Assembly (NCBI GenBank): GCA_950097015.1 | Contig: CATNEN010000033.1 | Coordinates: 2,542,001-2,606,000, forward strand | From: Macrostomum hystrix | Lineage: Eukaryota > Animalia > Platyhelminthes | Reading direction: 5' to 3' | Length of the DNA: 64,000 nucleotides | Shown: in pieces, positions 63,560-64,000 of the stretch | Position numbering within the stretch: the first letter of the stretch is position 1 | Layout: each line of letters opens with the position of its first letter | Made by a program: the position numbers and the translations under genes | The notes under the pieces: generated by a model | The model's database searches: none | Told to the model about the DNA's origin: nothing | The model's input: the letters and a program-made list of their open reading frames with translations, nothing else

Positions 63560-64000
63560 TGAAATGGATTGATAGATCAGACTAGATTGATAGATGAGAT
63601 CAGATTATATTGATAGATGAGATCAGACTAGATTGATAGATGAGATCAGATTGTATTGATAGATGAGATCAGACTAGATTTATAGATGAGTTCAGACTAG
63701 ATTGATAGATCAAATCAAACTAGATTGATAGATGCGATCAGACTAGATTGATAGATGAAATCAGACTAGATTTATAGATGTGATCAAACAAGATTGATAG
63801 ATGAAATCAGACTAGATTGATAGATGTGATCAAACTAGATTGATAGATGAAATCAGACTAGATTGATAGATGAAATCAGACTAGATTTATAGATGTGATC
63901 AAACAAGATTGATCGATGAGATCAGACTAGATTGATAGATGAGATCAGACTAGATTAATAGATTTGATCAGACTAGATTGATAGATTAGATCAGACTAGA
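63560..64000. repeat. 23-bp tandem repeat gatagatgagatcagactagatt, running off the window end
   Basis: Directly visible. Confidence 0.93.

Overview
Eukaryotic (animal) genomic DNA. Exons are GC-rich, several predicted introns are very short (32-37 nt), and many larger introns are filled with minisatellites. The overall style suggests a free-living flatworm such as Macrostomum; this is an inference. Spliced genes reconstructed by hand: an orphan ORF, a candidate KR-WWP neuropeptide precursor, DNA ligase IV, RPS12, an orphan Cys-loop channel subunit, two convergent C-type lectin/PAN paralogs, an FDPL/YDPL multi-copy neuropeptide precursor, phytochelatin synthase, a secreted class-3 lipase, selenoprotein T (in-frame TGA plus a type II SECIS), CWC15, endonuclease IV (APN1-like) and a small single-pass membrane protein. 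Mobile DNA includes a decayed MULE, an IS630/Tc1 element with ~157-bp TIRs, several tRNA-derived SINEs and a MITE-like hairpin. The most unusual object is a 3-exon gene at 47688-48987 (-). It fuses a catalytically altered Tpt1/KptA (tRNA 2'-phosphotransferase) RNA lobe to a BC-box-like motif and Cys-type LRRs, which is the layout of a candidate RNA-2'-phosphate-sensing ubiquitin-ligase adaptor. All exon structures are manual predictions with no database or transcript support.
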